Part shown: positions 38,901 through 49,700 of the stretch, piece after piece
How the letters are laid out: every line of letters starts with the position of its first letter
How positions within the stretch are numbered: position 1 is the stretch's first letter
Origin: Ophelia neglecta
Lineage: Eukaryota
DNA: 64,000 nucleotides
Assembly: GCA_965285935.1 (NCBI GenBank)
Contig: OZ260666.1
Location: forward strand, 34,410,001-34,474,000
Direction: 5' to 3'
Made by a program: the position numbers and the translations under genes
The notes under the pieces: model-generated
The model's input: the letters and a program-made list of their open reading frames with translations, nothing else
Database searches by the model: none
Told to the model about the DNA's origin: nothing

Positions 38901-41900
38901 TCACAGCCGTGAAATTGTGGCTCAAATTTCAACTTTCTCTTGGCTTGTCTTCACATACTGTAAGTTTTATGTAGGATGCACCCCAAATGTTGGCAGATAA
39001 GCGACTACAGGCTTTAATTTCTTTTACATCACAGCACACGACTTTTACAGGTAGGCATTTGGAGTGCCGGAAGACTAGCGATGACTCTACGACTTACCTC
39101 AATCTGATAAACATCTATAGCATAGGGGCCTACAACAACAACAGCAAAGTTTTTTAAAGTAAAAAAAGTGACTGGCAGCAAGTCTCTCCACTCCTACTGT
39201 GTCAATACTAGGAACTTGAATCAACACACAGTTTATTAATGTTACCCACCTACCTCTGATTGTACATGGGCTTGATATTGACTGAAAACAGCACTGGATG
39301 AGGCTAAAACAGTCAGGAGGTGAGGTGCATGTGGGTTAAAGGGACTTGTCTCCACAATACACAAAAGCTACTTCACCTGAAGTACTAAGGTATGCAAATT
39401 ACCAAAGTATGCAAGTCATACATGAACATAATAGGTATTATATTTAGCCAACTCATGCATACAGACAGCCAGATCAGGAGATGTTTTTATCTTGATGGTG
39501 ATGTCCTAGTTTTGTTTGTTTTAATGATTTATCATAGTCATGTACAATTGAACATTGTAGTGTGGCTTTGTGCTGTGGTTAGTGAAGAGTGCAGGCTTTA
39601 CATCCTAGCTGATGATAAAGGACAGCACACTGTACAGGGCCATAGCTAAACCTGACTTTCTTATACCACTTGGCTACACCCAACTGCAATAAATAAGAAA
39701 TAATGCTGACTCAACCCTTGTGACAATTCTAGCCTAAACCACTGTCGGCTTTCATTATTTTCTCACAGGCATTAAACCTTGAGAGACGTAAGATTTGGCA
39801 TAAGGAAGAAGCGAATTTTCCAAGAGACTGGCTGCAATGCCTCATAACCAGGGAGACAATGCTGGGAGCGACAATTGCGCTCATTATGCTCAGCGTTTTG
39901 TTAAATTCTGTTGGCCCAGAACCTGCTCTCATTGTAGTGGTAAGATTGAGGCAATCAATTGCTTGTTTTGGATGGGAGAGGTTGTCTGCTCCTGTACAAA
40001 CCTAGTTAACCCCACACTCTTCCCCATTATATCCATCCTCTGCAAGCTTTAGTGGGCATATTTTCTTTTTCCACCCCATCGCACACCTTCTTTCCACATG
40101 AAATGACTTCTTCTGGGGAGTTAGGCCATTTGGCTTAGGAGAACAATGCCTTGTATGCCTCTACTTGACATGGGGGAAGAAGAGATGGTTCTTGAGACAG
40201 TGATAAAGGAGGCTGGCTATCTAACTCTACATGTTATAGCCAGACTCCACAATGGTATAGTGAGTTTTGTGTCACGGAAATCCCTTCTTGTCTAGTTCAT
40301 AGTTATATCAGTGTGCCCACTGGCAACATCAAAAACCATTATATAACATGGCCTTGGTAACTGAAACCAGATAGCAGTGAAAGAAAACAGCCAGTCAGTG
40401 TCTTAATTAAAAGCTGGCTGATTCTGCTTAATTTCCTGGATACAGACCATAGAGTGAGTGCCAGAATAACCGAGCAGATAACAAGTCTCCAGGTTTCAAA
40501 CCCAGTGGCCTATCTTCCATCTATTGTGCAACCAATTACAAATAACCAGTTGTCCTCTGGCTGTGTTTCATGAAAATAAAGTTGTTTCACTTAGACAGTA
40601 TCTCTAAGATGGAGAGAGTTTCAATGCAGTCTAGGCTGACTTTGTCTACTGATGATTATGTCAGGACACATGGCTGGCTATATTGGCCACTCAAGGGGGC
40701 CTCAAATGGTCATGTAATTGATGCACCTCTCATGGTGACTTATGGGTAAAAGCAGGAAGTGTTGGTAAAACATAGTGAAACTTGAAAGAGAACAACATGT
40801 GTTACAAGAGACAATTTAATAGGCAAATACCCAAGCACTGGTGTGCAGAAAACTGAAAGAATAACTCTGATCAGCATCACAATTCTCTAGAATATGGCTC
40901 ATTAAAACCAATGGTCACCATAGCAACAGAATAGACTTGCTGGGAGAGTAATCCAAGCAGACGGGTTAGTCACTGGGCCACCTCACTTTGAAGGATGCCA
41001 CCTCCAAGGAGCTGATAACTTCTCAGATTGTCTTGGGCAACTTTGGGGTAAAAATAGCGTCTGCCATTGTGTTCTTGTCCATCAGAGACCTCTGCTATCT
41101 CACTAAACAAAAGCTCCTCACACAGACACAGAGTTCCAGTTCTTCAGACCAAACTTTCTCAGATCTTGTCTGACCCTTGTGTATATGCCAGACGAGCCAT
41201 GTGGCCCGAATCTCAATGCAAACTCAAACAATCAGACACTGGACTCTTGTGCTTGTCCAAAGAATAACAAAGGTCATGATCAGGGGCTGAGTAATTCTCA
41301 AGTCCCCAACAATACGGCAAGTGTACTCGTGGTTCGTGACTCTCAGGGTGGCATCTTCACTGGAGAGACTAGTGTTTTACATTGGCCAGAAGATCACTCT
41401 AACATTTGACAAGTACCAAGAAATTAATCATAATCAGCCTGTACATTACACTGTGTGTTACGGGGCTTGTCAGGGGCTTGTCCGGGGCTTGTCCCACATT
41501 TACTGGGCTGTCCGTTGAGCCAGTCAGTCACCCAGGTTTCTCAGGTTTAAGAGTGCCCCCTGGTGCCCCTATATCAAACTGTTGATGACACTCAACACCC
41601 CCTTGACTCCACCACACTTCAGGCCACACCTCACTTCTAATCACAATAACTCCGTTTGAATCTTTGTTCAATCTTTCAGGACCATTAAGCTTGCAAATTA
41701 CTTACTTCATAAGCCACAGTAGTCAGAATATAAGTCTTCACATGACAACCACATATGTATCAGGAAAGAAGAAGATTGATGAGTCACAATTACTTTATGT
41801 GTTATTCAATTATTTGATTGACTGTGTCAAATAATATGCCTGGCCTTGACTGAAAATATATGGCTTTGATTTACATGTATGACCATTAATAACTGAGAAT

Positions 41901-43728
41901 CAACCGTATCTGGTATGGCACAAAGTTCAAAACTCCTTGAGTAAACACTACCACCCAGACCACAACTGGGGACACTACACCACAACCCAGGAGTTAAAAA
42001 ACACTACACAACAAGCCAGAGAATGAGACTACATGAGACTACATGTGGTTTATTTGGCTTCAAGTTACCACCATTCATTTATAGAATTCACAGTAGACCC
42101 AATGGAGCACCTGGTTGACAGGTTACTGAGTTCTAGGCACACTCTACATGTACAGTAAACCCAGGACTCTGCTCATGAATGCTCACCTGTCTGTCAAGTG
42201 TGTTTCTGTCCTATTCATTACACATTATATAAAGCTTGCATTTTTAAAGGTTTAAAGTAGGGGATGTTCATGTAGGTTTTCAAACTTTTTAATTTTAGCT
42301 TACATAACTAACCTATTTAATGGCAATCAAACAATTGTGTGTTTACTTTAATCCATTTTCTTTTGGTATACTTACAAGGCTCTAGCCCTCACCTATTTGT
42401 CAGGAGAACCATAGCAGTATTACCCAACAAAACAGATTATCTCTTTTGCAGTGTCATTGTATGTAAATAGTTAAGGTTTGTGCTCCATACAAGGCCGCTC
42501 CATGCCGCTAACAAACAGTCTTAAGGGGGGTAAACAAAACACAGCAAACAATCGCCATAAAAGCTGTGGCTCTTATCTTTGTCCCCATCCACCACATAAA
42601 TCTAACCAACAATAGGAAAAGGATGCAAACAATTCAAAACCTGTGCAAAGTGTGCACAGTCAAGCTATCGCCCCAGGTAGAATTTACATATCACCCACAT
42701 GAGTGATTGTTTAGGGGCAATTGTTCTGTCCGCAACCCGAAAATTGCATGCCAACCAAATACATGTTGTGCAGGCAAAAAATGCTCCAGATATATTGGAA
42801 AAGTTCGTGCGGTATTTTTTATACAATACTTGGCCATATAGACATGTCAAGTTTAGGTGACTAATCTATAGTGGAGTTTGTAATTTAAGGAAATTGGTGA
42901 TAATTTTAATTTGACGTGAATGGCCACACAACAAGAGAGAAGGTAAAGCAGTGTTTGCACCTGCCTTGATAACAATCAGTTAGTCATACATAAACCATTG
43001 AGACATATTTCAATTGGTGGAAAACTCTCTACCTCTACAGAACCAAACAGAATATTTCAGCAAACAACAACAAAACTATAATTAATATATAGTATGCATA
43101 CATTTTTATATGATTAATTGAGATAAAGATTAAGCTCAGGAAGGAGACTTACTGATAAATCATCTGGTTTCTTGGCGATGTTGTCTTTCAGGCTCTGTAG
43201 CTGTGCGATCATGTCGTTCAATCGTTTCTGCTTGCCAGTGACCGTCTCGGTGGAGTCGATGACCGCCTTGATGCTGTTCATCACGTCCAGGTCGGGGGAG
43301 GAGGCGCCGTCCGACTTGTGGTTGAGCTTCTTCAGCACGTTGTCCATGGACTTCCTGTGCATCAGCCCGAGGGGCTTCGTCATAATATTGTTGTTGTTAA
43401 GGTGTGTGTGTCCGTTCTCGCTTGCCGAGTCCATGTCGTTGTCTGAGCCAGATCCCGATCCAGACTCATCCCGCACACTTTGAAGGATACGCTGCTTCTT
43501 GCTCTGGGGCCGGTCGCTGGTTGGACTTTCTGGGTCTCTCAGAGTATCTGAGTGGTCATGGTTGGACTTAGGGCCGCCAATATGTAAAGAGATTCCTGGC
43601 TCACTCTCTGAGTCGCTGTTCACATGGCTGTCTCCGTCACTGGCATTCTCCATCCTCGCGTCTTTGTGTAGCGTCATTATTTCGTCTGTTGCAATTTTCG
43701 TCGGAGTATTCTTCCTCTTAGAGGACAT
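5702..43728 (-). CDS. SoxD: SoxD-group HMG-box transcription factor (Sox5/Sox6-like), 8 coding exons, ~698 aa
   Basis: The spliced HMG box [38 protein letters not shown]|[35 protein letters not shown]|[29 protein letters not shown] is diagnostic of SoxD ([13 protein letters not shown] and [15 protein letters not shown]). The N-terminus MSSKR resembles Sox5/6 and a PLNLS motif is present. All introns are GT-AG with matching phases (0,1,0,1,1,2,1). Exon lengths 576+37+503+271+177+106+143+284 = 2097 nt. Confidence 0.95.
6259..6401 (-). CDS. SoxD: SoxD exon, post-HMG conserved tail ([20 protein letters not shown]...VEGLL)
   Basis: Acceptor ctttctttcag|ACCTAGG; donor CTAA|gtatga (phase 1). Confidence 0.95.
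7918..8023 (-). CDS. SoxD: SoxD exon, C-terminal half of HMG box ([18 protein letters not shown]...HPDYRY)
   Basis: Acceptor gcatttttcag|GTGCCAAG; donor TATAG|gtatac (phase 2) restores the conserved YRYRPRPK. Confidence 0.95.
8227..8403 (-). CDS. SoxD: SoxD exon, N-terminal half of HMG box (KMFGAKIIR...ISKILG)
   Basis: Acceptor tgtttccag|GTAAAATG; donor CTCG|gtgggt; RPMNAFMVW Sox signature. Confidence 0.97.
8649..8919 (-). CDS. SoxD: SoxD exon ([20 protein letters not shown]...QQLQ)
   Basis: Branch/acceptor gactaacctttctccatttag|GAGTGG (phase 0); donor CAAA|gtaaga (phase 1). Confidence 0.88.
9623..10125 (-). CDS. SoxD: SoxD exon, Pro/Ser/His-rich region with PLNLS motif
   Basis: Acceptor gtatttttcag|TGATCCAC; donor GACCGG|gtatgt; GC-rich coding composition within the 239-aa ORF. 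Confidence 0.9.
12932..12960. repeat. (TA)n microsatellite
   Basis: Directly visible. Confidence 0.95.
20759..20804. repeat. 12-bp tandem repeat (CAAGTCAAACTG) x ~4
   Basis: Directly visible; gives the DLQF repeats in a spurious ORF. Confidence 0.9.
32114..32150 (-). CDS. SoxD: SoxD 37-nt mini-exon ([12 protein letters not shown] + G of split Val codon)
   Basis: Minus strand reads ctaatgtcagatttttgttttttctatttacag|AGTGATGAAGAGGTGTCTACTGGGAGGAAAAATGGAG|gtaagc: branch point, strong pyrimidine tract and strong donor. Phase 0 in and phase 1 out exactly reconciles the phase-0 donor at 43153 with the phase-1 acceptor at 10125. Confidence 0.85.
35799..38248. repeat. Intronic minisatellite, 22-bp unit GA(C/T)(A/G)GGACTGAGCTGTGGAGCT, roughly 110 copies
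   Basis: Directly visible tandem array; period 22 (gacagg at 35821, 35843, 35865); degenerate tail to about 38345. Confidence 0.98.
41461..41494. repeat. 11-bp tandem repeat (MGGGGCTTGTC) x3
   Basis: cggggcttgtc aggggcttgtc cggggcttgtc. Confidence 0.85.
43153..43728 (-). CDS. SoxD: SoxD coding exon 1 ([12 protein letters not shown]...[27 protein letters not shown]), includes leucine-zipper-like coiled coil
   Basis: Acceptor tcttgcag|GAATATG (exon starts 43732, ATG at 43728). Donor TCA|gtaagt at 43153/43152, phase 0. Heptad segment resembles the Sox5/6 [20 protein letters not shown] zipper; [13 protein letters not shown] resembles Sox5/6 RRKGSLADVVDTLK. Confidence 0.88.
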
Positions 43729-46700
43729 ATTCCTGCAAGAAATAGAAGACTTCATGAGTGACATACCAACCAATGCTATTAGAATGCACACACTTGTATG
43801 GGTATGAACATGTACATGAATAGTAGCCAGGCAGAAAGCGCACACCAGTTTTTCCTACTACAGCCCGTATGGAAAAGGAGCCACAAGGTATACCTACAAA
43901 CTTGTCCATTGTTGCTTTCCTCACACTAATTTAAAGTACACATTACATAGAGACCTGTACTAATAGAGAGGATCTCAGGTGCGATTCACACCTTGCCTTG
44001 AGGCAAACCTGCAAGAGGTACAATACAAAAAACACAGCCTAGAGACCACTCAATGAAAACATTTGCGTTTCTATTGACGAAACAATACCATATTGTGGCT
44101 ATTTGTTTTCCTATTGTAGTTAAGTATATAGACAGTCTGTGTGTGTGCCTCTTGACTGTGCCTGACCCCTTTCAACCGCTGAACACCAAACCTGAGCTCA
44201 GTGCTTAAACAATGGATTAATAAACAATAAGAAGGTGGCCAGAGGCGGCTGTAGTATCCAGTTACAGTGCGATCAGCGGTCTCTTACCAGTGAGGGTAGC
44301 CCATGACTGAATCCACCAAGATCACTAAACACTCCGAAGGTCTCCCCCATACCTCCACTACACTCCATTGTCAGACTCTTACTGTAATTAATACACACAA
44401 TATCACTGTCTCAATTTTCAAAGAATTCAAAGCATTTCACTTTACGCTTCAGATGCCCGAATTGAGTTTGCGCAAAGCGTCGCGGCCTAGTCACATGTCC
44501 CATTACGGAACGCACTGTGGGGAAGATAGTCACAAAAAACAATACAAACACTACTGACGCCATGAGTAGGCAGTTTGTAAAGGCACTTGTAGCATTTTTT
44601 ACAGGACATTGCACGCAAGATAGGAGTCAATGTTCACACTTGGGCCTTTGAGACTCTCAGCAGTGGTGATTGGATGATATTCGTTCCATCCAGTGCGTTT
44701 AAGCCCAGTGCCAGTTAAAGTGGGGGTGGTACAATAGGCTACCTAGCACAAGCACATTACGACTCACCACCACTTCATTTCTAGCCTGCACCAGGTATTC
44801 AAGTCCCTAATCAAATCGCTTTATCACATTGCCATTATTGCCTGCCACCTTTTGTTATGGGTGGGGAGGTCATATCCTGTCTGCAGGGAAGGGAGAAGGT
44901 CACGGCTGCTAAAAAAAAGGCTCACTTAGCTCAATCAAAGGCCCTTAACTATGGCCCAAGGCTGATAAGCATCTAATCTGTGATCTCAATCGCCCATTGT
45001 CTGGCTATTAGCAATGATATGGAGAGCTATAAGCTGAGAACAATGGTAGCTACAAGCCTATCACTTTCACATGGGGTTACACTATTGGCCGGGGCACAGC
45101 TCTTCTACATGTATGTGAGATTCAATCAACCACACTGCAGGCATTCAACCTGTGCTTTTTGTCAATTGGCTGGAAAGTCACACAATAAAAGGGGCGGGAC
45201 ACAGCTTTTAATTCCAAAGCAAACATTTTGTCAGCAAACAATAAATCACACAATAGAGAGGACAAAACAAAGAAATCAGGGCTGTGCAAACACATGTTAT
45301 CATTAAGATATGATAGTCAATAGCCGTGTGATCATGTGGAGGCCGCAGCATTGAAACGCAGCATTGAACCACAGCGAGCATAAATAAGTATCATTGTTTT
45401 TGTTGGGATCATTCACTGCACAGGAAACATTAGTGATTATAATGGTATTGGATTTCACAGGGGTCATGACTATTGGTTTTGCTGACAAAACAGAGGGGGC
45501 TTAAAAACCCAGGGTACTTGTGGTGATGACAAAGTCCTGATCACCCGCTTGTTTACGATGGCCACAGCGAAGCGAAGTCAAACACAGGACACATAACACA
45601 ACTATGGAAATTCACAATTATCTATGTGTTCTTACATTGTATATTCACAAGGTTTACATCTAAAGAATATACCTCACAGAGATGACCAACACTAGTTAAA
45701 AGAAAACCTTAACTCTACTTCCTGTCTATCAATCATTGAAAGTTCTTTTTTAAATATTTACCCATCCTTGTGTGTATACAACAAGAGGATGGTTTCCAGA
45801 TTCCTTTCCAACAAGTTTATTCCTAGTTTCTAACTCTGTGCATACCTCCAGTACATACCCCTGGTGACACATTCTAGAACCTTCCGCAGTCCGAGCGTCC
45901 TCTCTTAGACCCTTTCTTATGCTCTTTACCACCAATGATAATCAATGGTTGGCCTTTATTCTGGGCATGCATCCCCAGTTTGTTTGTGGGCAGTTTTTCC
46001 CAAACATTAACCTAAACCACAATGTGTGCACCACATAAATTCGCATTAGTAACCTTATGGAGTGATTTGGCCGATGGCTGGCTGTGATTCTCGGCTAAGC
46101 CCCTGGCTCGACAGCCTTGGTGCCAGATCTACACGGCCCCAAGACAGCAGCCATCAAAAGACAATGAGGGGACAGCTCCCTATTGATTCACCATTTAAAC
46201 ACAAATCCTCTGCCACAACCCACCCGCTAGCTGGACAATTTACCGCCAGCTCCCAAATAGACATTGTTACTTGTAGTGGCGTGGGCATAAATCCTCATAG
46301 CACTCCCATCTTTATTGTCACCTTATTTGTTCCTGCAGAACGGTGCTGATTTAAAGTAACATCATCTATAATTAATTATACCATTTGTAGTGGCCATACA
46401 ACACATTGGGGAATCCCTAAACAAACATATACATTTTATTACTGCAGGAGATCAGGCCCACCAGTAAATCCAATTTCTGGTGGCGGTGGTCGTGATGGGA
46501 AGGTTAATACCGACAGGAGCCACGAGCCTACACCCGGCTACCGTGTCGACCAATGACATCACGCTCATCAACCTGGGAGCCATTTCTTACTACTACTACT
46601 TCCGCATCACCCCTTGTGCCTGCTGTAAAGGAATGTGGCGGCTCAGCAGAGCTCCTCCGAGGCCAGGGGATGAAAACTCTCATGTAAAATTCATACAGTG

Positions 46701-49700
46701 CAGGCATCTGATTTCCATTACTGCATTAAAATAAAGCCCATTATTGCATATTGTCTGAGCCCGGGGGTTAAATGACGCTGGAGTATTGTTACTGGCCATG
46801 TAACTTTGTCTGGCAGTGACAGGACCACAATGAAATCAGTTAACACAGACGCAGGCACACTCTCCCCAACAATACTGCACGACTTTCCAACATGCCTAGC
46901 AGTAATTTCCTGACTATTCAGACGTCCATTGTGCCAGGAAAGCTCTTTACTCAGCACACGCCCTCCTCTAGTCAGAGCAGCATTGTAACCCAGCCCGATA
47001 ATGATTCATCATAATGGCCTCGAATATGAAAAATCTCACTGCTTTCTGCTTGGCTGCTTTCGCTGTGAAAAGGTCTCAAGCCCTGACATCAGTGAAGGAA
47101 TTCCTGCAAGCAAAGAGGCCTTTCGACAGGAAAAATGAACTTTTCATATACAAAGTCAATGGATCACAAAAGTGTGGTCGGACAGAAGAAAGCTCAGAGA
47201 TTGCCAGTGAGTATTACCACCACCGGTGTTTAAAGCCCTTTGAAGCCACCTGAAAGCCTGGCAATAATTCCGCTAAAGGGTGCTAAAAGGGAAAGGAAAC
47301 AATGCTCTCACTAGATAAACCTAAATTCAGGCATCATTTCTTTAAAAGCTTTGGGCAGAAAAAAACTGACATGTGCGAAGAAATTGGTAGGATGTGTTGT
47401 GAGGATGATGTCTCATCATGGCAAAAGCCAGATAAAAAGCTGAAAGCAAATATGGGGAGCACTCTACAGTCAGTCAGAACTAGCCAGGAAATGGCCTTTA
47501 ATCCAGGCAAAGAGATAGCTTAGAGAAAGGCTGCACTATTACAAACACTGGGACTAACAGGAAGGTCTGATTACAGCTACCAAGCACTGTGTGACACCTG
47601 ACTGAACACCAATCATCAGAGACCAGGCCATCCAAGAAAAGAATGACAAGTCACACTAATGAATTGGCCAAAAAGCTTCCTTAATCTCAGTCTGCCACTT
47701 TTGATGGAAATTAATCGCGGCCGGCCAGGTATTATGTGCGTTGAGACAAGGCAACAATTAATAGAGAATGCCAATTTGTGGTGTTCCTGCATGCTTCCAA
47801 GCCTGTCATTTGATTGCCAGTGATTCGGGTGACATTTACCTGGCTAATGTAGCCAAATAATGGGCAAGAAGACAACGGAGGTCACAGGAAGTCGCTAAAT
47901 GTCTGGCTAAATTAGCGTTTGTTTGTAGTTAAAAGTCACACTGGCTGATGGCGGTGAAACTTGAATGATGTGGGTATCTCATTGGAAGAGGGCGGTCAGC
48001 TCCTACCCCCTTATACTTAGGCTGTTAATATTAATCTGGCTTTACCATTAAACCTAATAAACAGCAATATCAGCAGCAGATACTGACAGCAACACAATGA
48101 GATGGGATGATGCATGGATCAAAGGGCTCCGGCCAGCCACAGCAATGCCAAACATGCCAGGACAGGACTGAGACAATCCAGTCTCAATGGCCGAGATGTA
48201 TATTCCAGCTTCTCAAAGGAATGGCCACCAGGCCAAAATCAAAGACAGGCTTGGTGCTACAGGGACAATTAACTAGATGCAAGCCTGGCAAGACAATTAA
48301 AATGAGAAACAAATGTGTCCATTTAGGCATGATGGTATGCCCATGATGGAGTTGGACAGCTGTTAATTACATTAAAAGCATATTAAAAGCAGACAATTAG
48401 TGGCAGTTCTCCATAAACAATGTGGCTGGAGATGGAGCCAAAGACAACAGGGTCATGCTACACACCATCAATCTGAGGCTAGAGAGCCCCACATGTCTTA
48501 CCACACACTGAAAAACACCGGCAAAACACAGGCAAAACACCAGGCTCACCGGCCTAAATATCATAAACAACAGGCAAATAACATAAACAACAAACAACTT
48601 AAACAGTCTTTAAGCTGCTATGGAACTTGCTATTTTCTCAAAGAGCTCAGTAACCTGTTTGGTGATGAGGCTTGTGTATTGAATGACTTAGCCTACAACT
48701 CCCAAAGTGTTGTAAAAAGTGTGGGTGGAGTTATTACATACATCATCAAATCTTCAAAGCTAATGAGACACCACTAAAATCTCCATTCTAATAATACACA
48801 TGAAAAACTGAAGACAAACTATTTGAGCATGATGTTTTCCAAATGCTAGGCGAATGAATGAGTGACAAGGAACCAACACAAAGTTCACCTTCAAATCATC
48901 AATTCTTTAAAAATAATGAAACATGATTCTTAAAAGATTAGTCTCTTAAATTATGCTTATGGAAAAGTGTAGATGTGTAGCCAAGTGTTTTCCCAAAGCC
49001 AAGTAAAGACAAAGGTTCAGCTGGGTCAATTAGCAGAATGTGTCTGTTTTTAGTGGGCTAGAGAACGCTTCAGATAAGAGGCCAGAGAGAAGTGACTGGC
49101 CAGATGTAAGTGTTAAGCTGGCACACTGCTAATGCAAGCATTTGTCAAGGAAAACATAAAACTGACCAGAGGCTGGGCCTCTCTAGTCTGGGCTTCTGCT
49201 GGGTCTCTCTAGCGGGGGGCCTCACTGATGGGCCTTTCAAATCCCAGACCTACTGGGCCTACCAACTCACACAATGCCACACTCAACTTGACTCAACAAA
49301 CCCACCAATTTGAAAAACAATCAATTTCATCTCATAATCATGCACACATGTTTGTTTGTTTCAAGGGTGTTTTTTCCCTGACAAGTTAATTTGGTTTGGC
49401 AGAGAAGACAACTAGATCAGAAGTTACAAGCCAGAGAGGAGTTTGAGAAGTTTTAATGAGCTAGGGTGTGTGGTGATTTAATAATGAGCAGAAATAGGCT
49501 TTCTGGTTGAGTTGTTGTTCAGGCTCCTGTCATTAAGGCTCTGTAAGTACATACCATGACCAGTTATAATGGAATTCCTGGCATGGGTGAGGCCATAAAA
49601 CCAGCAGAGACTGGGTTAAAAATACCCCCCACCCCCTCATTGTATGTAAGGTATAAGTAATTAGTGTCTGTATAGCCATTATGCCTGGTGATGGGCTCCC

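Noticed and set aside
43172-43807. Plus-strand ORFs of 103 and 102 aa (also 5670-6005 and 8216-8441)
   Set aside because: Antisense shadows of SoxD exons.
43114-43845. ORF-track start and end of the 243-aa ORF as a standalone gene
   Set aside because: The flanking parts are intronic read-through beyond the clear acceptor (43733) and donor (43152) sites.
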